64,000 nucleotides of DNA from Octopus vulgaris. Lineage: Eukaryota. Numbering within the stretch: the first letter of the stretch is position 1; the number at the start of each line of letters is the position of its first letter. The stretch covers positions 8,742,001-8,806,000 of the forward strand of contig OX597827.1 in assembly GCA_951406725.2 (NCBI GenBank). Reading direction: 5' to 3'. The notes below the pieces were generated by a model. That model was given only the letters and a program-made list of their open reading frames with translations. It had not been told where the DNA came from and made no database searches. Shown here in pieces: positions 56,363-64,000 of this stretch. The position numbers and the translations under genes are program-made.

Positions 56363-56400
<38 letters not shown>
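55920..56400 (+). mobile_element. Old SINE with SINE-A head and RTE-type (GAT)n tail
   Basis: The 5' part matches the SINE-A head. The 3' part GGTTGGCAACAGAAAAGGCATC...GACCCATG...TTAAAATGATGA matches the RTE 3' end. Confidence 0.65.
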
Positions 56401-56402
<2 letters not shown>

Positions 56403-56503
56403 CAATATATAGTGTGTGAGTGTGTGTATGCATTTTTGTACGACTGCATATACAGACAAACACATACACATGGAAACACTTACATACACACATACAAGCA
56501 CAC

Positions 56504-56535
<32 letters not shown>

Positions 56536-56904
56536 ACACACAACAACACTTTATAAACATATGAAACAGAATAGTAAATTGCAGAAAGTGAAATTCAGAA
56601 AGAGATTTCTGCCATATATCTAGAGAAATTCTAGACTTGGCCAACTAAGTTTCACACATTAATGTTGTAATTAAAATAATCATAGTTATTAATTCGTTAA
56701 TAGGATGACAGATATTAAATGAACCAAATAATATGGAATGGTAGTTATGGTGGACAGATGATGCATGCTTCATATATTAGTTGCGTAGATTCCATTATAT
56801 TTATTAGCAATGCTGAGCAAAACTATTTATATGATGGTGAAGAACTGAACATGACAGAATGCAAGTTTATAGTAGATAGCAAAAATATATTGTATTTATT
56901 GTAA

Positions 56905-57312
56905 GGTGTGGCTGTGTGGTAAGTAGCTTGCTAATCAACCACATGGTTCCGGGTTCAGTCCCACTGTGTGGCATCTTGGGCAAGTGTCTTCTGCTATAGC
57001 CTCGGGCCGACCAATGCCTTGTGAGTGGATTTGGTAGACGGAAACTGAAAGAAGCCCATCGTATATATGAATATATATATGTATGTGTGTGTATATGTTT
57101 GTGTGTCTGTGTTTGTCCCTCTAGCATTGCTTGACAACCGATGCTGGTGTGGTTACGTCCCCGTCACTTAGCGGTTCGGCAAAAAGAGACCGATAGAATA
57201 AGTACTGGGCTTACAAAAAGAATAAGTCCCGGGGTCGATTTGCTCGACTAAAGGCGGTGCTCCAGCATGCCCGCAGTCAAATGACTGAAACAAGTAAAAG
57301 AGTAAAAGAGTA
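56905..57312 (+). mobile_element. SINE-A
   Basis: Homologous to 37625-38015. Confidence 0.9.
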
Positions 57313-57871
57313 AGAAAGTGTAAGGTCAGTCAAAATGAAATTACATGCATGATATTAACGGTAGTATTGAAATGTTTATTTTAATGTTAGCATCTAGATC
57401 TCCAATTTCTGTTTTTGGTGAATACAATATTATTTAGCAAAGTAATGAACTATGGAAAATAAATTAAATATTTAAGAAAAAGTCAAAACAGCTGCCGTAT
57501 TTTAGAGTTAGGCAATCACGTTAAAACATCTGGCCTAATATTAAATATACAACAGTTAGATTTTAGAACTGAAGGCGGCAACATAAAGGAAATTTATAAA
57601 GTAATTAATATGAAAGAATTACCTTGTAATAGGTTTCTGGAATATTTCCAGAGTTCAAAATAATAAAGATGTTCAAATTTTGAAGTATTCGTATTGAATA
57701 ATTAAATTTCTAATTAACAATTCTTTTATGTCATTTCATATAAAAGCAGATTTTAAAGATCATTCTACCCAGTTCGACAAGTCATTTATATATATGTGTG
57801 TGTGTGTGTGTAATTTTATTTATGTGTATATATATATATATATCTATATATAAATATATAGATATATATAC

Positions 57872-57975
<104 letters not shown>

Positions 57976-58233
57976 TTATGCACAGATTCTAGTTCTCAGA
58001 GTAAGACGGAATGGTCTTATATATCAAGGACCTAGAGAAGAGTAGCCAATTCCGTGAACCAGAATTTGGATCATTGTCATTGGCACCACTTGATCAGAAT
58101 CTGACCGACATTACAGCCTCCAAGGTAAATTTTGCACAAATATAAATATTTTCAAAATAGAGGTTTTATAAATTTCTTCATTGTTTCCAAATGTAAACAA
58201 TGTTAAGAATATATTCCCAGTGCAAGAATCTAA

Positions 58234-58505
58234 TTACGAATCTGCAAGTTTTGGCAAAGCTGGCAACGGCTTTGAGAAATTGAAACTGTTTCTTGTGGGT
58301 AGTTCCCAAAGCTGGAGAGGGACATTATAATTGCTACTGTTTAATAGATTTGACTTTTGAACATCATTGTAGCTTGTATTTCGCATGTTATTAGATTGGT
58401 AGGAACATCTGCTTGAGTCATTCATGTTCTTTGATCTGCCGGGTGTCCGAGGCAGGGACTTTTGATCTGTATCGTGGAACTTTTCAAGTGAACATGATTT
58501 CTGAC
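58234..58505 (-). CDS. Terminal coding exon of an upstream gene, most likely a protocadherin paralog (cytoplasmic C-terminus)
   Basis: Acceptor TTTAATCTTTCAG|G at 58506, then 2 nt plus 90 codons including the stop (QKSCSLEKF...QLWELPTRNSFNFSKPLPALPKLADS*). Non-repetitive, same strand as the Pcdh exon. The W-x-LP-x-x-NSF...KPLPA ending resembles octopus Pcdh tails as I recall them (unverified). Confidence 0.72.
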
Positions 58506-59732
58506 CTGAAAGATTAAAGTGGTGTAGAATGTGAAGCTTAATACATTACAACTCCTGAGAATAAAATGGTATTTTCCCCCCCCTTTTAATCTCTTGCGAG
58601 TGTAGAATCAGTGAAATGTCTAGAAACGGTTATCCTCTATTGCTTTTGAATAAAAGTTGAAAAACTAATTTGATGAATGAAAAAGCTGACAAGAGGCTGG
58701 CAGGAATGTGATATCCTATCTAACAATCTGAACCGGATCTAAAGCTCAAATAAGGATGTGAGGTTGCAAGGTCAGATCAATGCATTTCTAATAATTTAAT
58801 TATAGTCACTCGGGGAGATGAAAGAGTTTTGCAGGGAAATTATTAAATACTTATAACTGCAAATTCTTTTGATGGTAATTAAAGAATATTAACTAATATT
58901 GATACTACTGGTTGTAAATAAGGAATATTTAGAATGATTATAGACACTATAAGGAGAAAAGGAGATATATTTATGAGAATTAATCATTGTGGTGGTGGGA
59001 GAACGTAGAATATAATATATGCAACAGAAGTGGTTGCAATCAGTAGCAAGTACGGAATGCCTGTAATTGTCAATAATTGCATCAGAATATACATGAAATC
59101 ATTGTAATAATGAACACTATTAGAAAAGAACATAAAATATTCAGAATAATTGAATATAATACTGCAAGTAGTTATAGAATATTTGCAATAATTAAAGATT
59201 TTACTAGCAGTGACCTCTGCATGTTTATAAGAAACGATATAATTAGAACAAATTAAATATTTGCCATATGGATAATATTAATTAAAAAAAAAGCGTGGAA
59301 TATATTTACACAGTCATGTGAAAACATATTAGTAATGCATATAATTTTCCAAGTCACTGTAAAGCATTTTCAATCAGGAAGGAAGTCTATCCATGCTGAT
59401 TATACCTCGCCAATTAATTAGTTTCTGCTTTCAGACAACTATGAAAGAAAAATAGTTTATCAGAGATTTTGTAAAGGACAACAAATAGGAACCTGGATTG
59501 GTAATTGTTTTTTAGTTTTTGTTTCTGTGTTTTTAATATATTTTTTTTCTATGTAAGTCAGAGAGTCCTTGGATTTGATTATGGAAAGCTAAAATATTCC
59601 CAGTTTTCTCAGACTATTAAAATATTTATCTATTAAGATAGAAATGCTATTCAAAGAACTCAAAGATAGGCAACGCCTTGAGCCAACGAGGGAGCTTCTT
59701 GACAGAGATCATTTGCTTGATCTTTTAGAAAC

Positions 59733-60129
59733 ATCATCATCATCATCATCATCATTTAACGTCCGTTTTCCATGCTAGCATGGGTTGGATGGTTCAACCG
59801 GGGTCTGGGAAGCCGGGAGGCTGCACCAGGTACCAGTCTGATCTGGCAGTGTTTCTACAGCTGGATGCCCTTCCTAATGCCAACCACTCCATGAGTGTAG
59901 TGGGTGCTTTTCACATGTCACCGGCACAAGTGCCAGGCGAGGCTGGAAACGGCCATGATTGGTTGGCGCTTTTGATGTGCCACCGGCACGGAAGCCAGTC
60001 AAGGCGGCTCTGGCATCGGCCATGTTTGGATGGTGCTTTTTACGTGCCACTGGCACAGGTATCACAACTACAATTTCCATTTGATATTTATTTTGATGTT
60101 GATGTACTTGACTCAATAGGTTTCCTCAA
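59733..60129 (-). mobile_element. RTE-like LINE 3' end flanked by a long direct repeat
   Basis: Same family as 5180. Flanks 59572-59736 and 60130-60308 are homologous. Confidence 0.78.
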
Positions 60130-60629
60130 GATTTGATTATGGTAAACTAAAATATTCCCAGACTATTTTCTCAGACTATTGAATTATTTATCTATTAAGA
60201 TATAAATGCTATTCAAAGAACCAGAAAATGACTCAAAGATAGGCGGCACGTTGAGCCAATGTGGGAGCATCTTGACAAAGGCATTTGCTTGATCTTTTAG
60301 CAACATCAGTCATTTCATGACATTACAAGGAACAACACAACCTAAATATTTGGTATTTTCTTAGGGCTGTGTGGTGAAGGAGCCCACTTTGCAACGACAT
60401 TGTTTCAGGTTCAGTGCCATTCTTCGGAACCTTGGGTAAATATCTTCTCTGCAACCTTGGGCCAACCAATGCCCTGTGAGAGAATTAGATTGATGGAAAG
60501 TACACCAGGCTTAAAAAGTAAGTATTGTCATTTGCTTTGTTTGCTCACACCCTTCAAGATGGTGCCCCAGCATGGTTGCAATCCAATGACCAAAGTAAAC
60601 GATGAATGATTAAGAAAAAATATTCATAG

Positions 60630-61030
60630 AAGGAGTGGCTGTGTGGTAAGTAGCTTGCTTACCAACCACATGGTTCCGGGTTCAGTCCCACTGCGTGGCA
60701 TCTTGGGCAAGTGTCTTCTGCTATAGCTCCAGGCCGACCAATGCCTTGTGAGTGGATTTGGTAGACGGAAACTGAAAGAAGCCCGTCGTATATATGTATA
60801 TATATATATATGTATGTGTGTGTATATGTTTGTGTGTCTGTGTTTGTCCCCCTAGCATTGCTTGACAACTGATGCTGGTGTGTTTATGTCCCCGTCACTT
60901 AGCTGTTCGGCAAAAAGAGACCGATAGAATAAGTACTGGTCTTACAAAGAATAAGTCCCGGGGTCGATCTGCTCGACTAAAGGCGGTGCTCCAGTATGGC
61001 CACAGTTAAATGACTGAAACAAGTAAAAAA
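60630..61030 (+). mobile_element. SINE-A
   Basis: Homologous to 37625-38015. Confidence 0.9.
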
Positions 61031-61238
61031 GAAACTGTGATGCCAAGCATGTTGGGGTATTCTGTGCAGCTGACATTGTGTGGAAGAAGGACTGGGTAAT
61101 GTGATTAATACAATACCTGGAGGTGATGCTGGGAGGGTGGAGCCAATATAGGTGACAAAAAGAGGAGATATTAGTGTCCTAGGTGTGTCTGAATGTATGT
61201 GGTGCAAAAGTAATCAGTTCTGAAAAGCAGAGTATATT

Positions 61239-61477
61239 TTTTTATTTCTTTACTACCCAAAAGGGGCTAAACACAGAGGGGACAAACAAGGACAGACAAA
61301 CGGATTAAGTCGATTATATCGACCCCAGTGCGTAACTGGTACTTAATTTATCGACCCTGAAAGGATGAAAGGCAAAGTCGACCTCAGCGGAATTTGAACC
61401 CAGAACGTAACGGCAGACGAAATATCGCTACGCATTTCGCCCGGTGTGGTAACGATTCTGCCAGCTCGCCGCCTTAA
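61239..61477 (-). mobile_element. SINE-C, full-length monomer
   Basis: Runs from the GGCGGCGAGCTGGCAGAA head to the tail. TSD-like AG(C/T)AGAGTATATT at 61226-61238 and 61478-61490. Confidence 0.88.
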
Positions 61478-61705
61478 AGTAGAGTATATTGTGATACCTG
61501 GAGAACTGGCAGTGTAGAAACGATGTGTTAGTAGCCTAGATTTTTGCCAAATGCTGGTAGCGACTTCATGCCTCTCAGTCAGGTAGTTATCTTTGGATAT
61601 ATTCCGTGATATTTTTTTTTTTTTGTGAGGGGAATAATTTGATAGACAGAAACTGTACTGTGTGAAAGCCTATCATATGTATGTACATAAAGATATATAT
61701 ATATA

Positions 61706-61750
<45 letters not shown>

Positions 61751-61976
61751 ACCTAAATATATATATACAAATATATATACATGTATCTATCTATTGATCG
61801 AAAACCTACGCCATCCCTTTTTTTGTTTCTTTTGTTTTTTGTTTTTTTTTGTTTTTTTCATCCCCCAAAAGAAAAAGTCTACCTTGTAATTTGTCCCATC
61901 TGTGTGCAGCCCTGTGTGGCCAATAAAGAAACTTATCTATCTATCTATCTATCTATCTATATATATATATATATAT

Positions 61977-62008
<32 letters not shown>

Positions 62009-62544
62009 TATCTATGTTTGTTTGAATGTATGACTGTGTCTGTAGCTATGGCAACCAGTGTGTTGAGTTGTGTCCATTCATAACAAAAGTATGTTACATA
62101 ACAATTCAATAAAAGATATCAACAAAACAGATATCAGACTGAAATAAGCACCAGGGATGGGTGGGGGTGGGGGTTACATGATCAACTAAAAACCCTTGCG
62201 AGACATGCCACAGTATGACTGCAGTCATACTGCAAAAAAAAACATAAAAGAATAAGACACCTGTTCAATAAACATTGCATTCATGAATATTCATGAAGCT
62301 GTTTTCGGTTCTGTTGTGTGGAGAAAGAGAAAGAAAACAAATCTTTTTTGGAAAGGATGTCCGTGTGTCACAGACATATTTTTTTAATAATCTAGTACTT
62401 GTGTCTATGTCTTATGAAACAGGTGTATCCACAATTAAGTGTCTACATTCTTCTTCTGATAATATTACATCAGGCATGATGATAAACATCCTACATATTA
62501 TATTAATTATGTCTTGCAAACAACTTGCACATGCAAGTGCTATC

Positions 62545-63150
62545 AGTTAAAAGCTCCGTATACCGGAAGCTAGCAAGTGTATGGGGTCATCAGGAGAGAA
62601 TGCGCGCCGTTTCGGAGCTTACCTCTCGACGGCATCAATGCGCACCGGCCCCCCATCACTGATATGAGGCCCAGCTTGCTAGATCAGCCGGTTATGAAGA
62701 ACTCAATATACTTCTAGCCATCGCTCATCGTCTCTTTTTAACCAAATCCAGTGGCTAGCCTTCTCCACTGTAGATTGGATATCAGTCATGGTGGTATTGA
62801 CTTTACGATGAGTTAAGCCTATCGATAACAACAGTCATCTCACGCTGTGTCCAACAAACCCTCTACATCCGACTTCGATAGGCTTTCCAGCCTGCGTCTT
62901 CACATTCCTCGAGGAGATTTTCATAACGGTTCAATTTTCGAGGCCGAGCGGTGTCCATATTATCTTCATGAGGAACTGTTAGCTCGACTATATTTACAAC
63001 TTTCTTTCTTTCACACCACATCAAAATATCTGGTTTTTTCGAAACTGGGATGGGAAAGAAAACCTGGCACTCAGGTAAATCTACAGTTACCTCCCAATAG
63101 CCGTTCCACTTTTCATTACAGGGTTTTGAGTGGCTTTGTCCCATCATTTA
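62545..63150 (-). mobile_element. HERO-clade (RLE) non-LTR retrotransposon 3' fragment with structured 3' UTR
   Basis: KPDILMW..VNIVELTVPHEDN....RK..RY..L.EECEDAGWK, frameshift, then IEVGCRGF...VEKASHWIWLKR. Stop at 62703. Confidence 0.85.
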
Positions 63151-63542
63151 TGTCTTTCAGAGATAATAATATTTTGTGCAATTGCTATTCTTCATAAGAT
63201 TACAGTAGCTGTTGTGAACTATACTCTCATTGACCCTTGGTGTATAAACTGGACTAACATAGTTTATTTGGGATTCTCAGCTGAAAAAGGCTTTGAGATA
63301 CCAGCATCAGCAGAACCCATAAGCAATATTTGTTCAATAACACTGTGTAACTAAATTTTTATTTATATTTTGTCTTTGGTCAGTGTTATTTCCTATTTGT
63401 TTCTATCTAGAAATCAAACGGAAATGTCAATTATTCCTTTCAAACTTTGCTTTTGTGATCCAGACATCAACGTTTTGAAACTGACCTATTTTCCATTACA
63501 TTTAAGACAGTTTCAGTGCTGAAGCGGAAATATCGTGATAGT

Positions 63543-63706
63543 AAATATTCTGCTCAAAACCACAGATTTGCTTGAGAGTAGCTTGACCTTAACCACTTGA
63601 GCATGACCCTTAGTGGCTGACATTATGTGCATCTCTGATCATGAGAAGGAATAGTGGAGGAGCATCATAGCCATGTATTGATAGGGATTCTTTGGGGTTC
63701 AGATAA
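63543..63706 (+). mobile_element. Fragment of the element family seen at 19073-19589
   Basis: Reverse-complement homology to ~19360-19520. Confidence 0.65.
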
Positions 63707-64000
63707 ATGTAACAAAAGCAAATCTTCAAGGAAATATTAGATATTTTTCATAGTTTCTAGGGGTAAGCAAATAAGAAATAACAGTGGCTACCCAAGGACA
63801 AAAATCAGGTTACACAATGTGAATTATCCACATTAACAGAATATAACTGAAAAAGAAAATTACTGGTTTTTGTCATACCGCAAACTATTAACTTTGGAGG
63901 ATGACATCGTTAGGTAGTTTACATCCTAAGGTCGAGTTTCTCAACCTTTTTACCATTAAATGAATTACATATCTCAAGGAACACATGCACAAAAAAATTA

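Noticed and set aside
58234-58505. Constant exon for the 30829-33246 ectodomain exon
   Set aside because: It lies upstream of that exon in transcription order, so it must belong to another gene.

Overview
AT-rich, microsatellite-dense eukaryotic DNA, almost certainly from an octopus (coleoid cephalopod), judged from the protocadherin type and the SINE content. It is part of a minus-strand protocadherin tandem cluster. One intact 2.4-kb exon (33246..30841) encodes a signal peptide, 6 cadherin repeats, a TM helix and a partial tail, and ends at a GTAAGT donor overlapped by a stop codon and AATAAA. A candidate promoter/first exon lies at ~42.3-42.5 kb, and the terminal coding exon of an upstream paralog lies at 58505..58234. 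The rest is repeats: three tRNA-type SINE families, RTE 3' ends, R4/Dong and HERO RLE-LINE fragments, mariner relics, Helitron/Helentron derivatives and Penelope-like fragments. The most unusual signals are several hammerhead-ribozyme-like folds, including a G3:C8-swapped core and a non-canonically permuted core in a HERO 3' UTR, a Ca2+-motif-deficient EC3-EC4 linker in the protocadherin, and several templated-insertion or long-TSD events. All calls were made by eye; no database searches were run.
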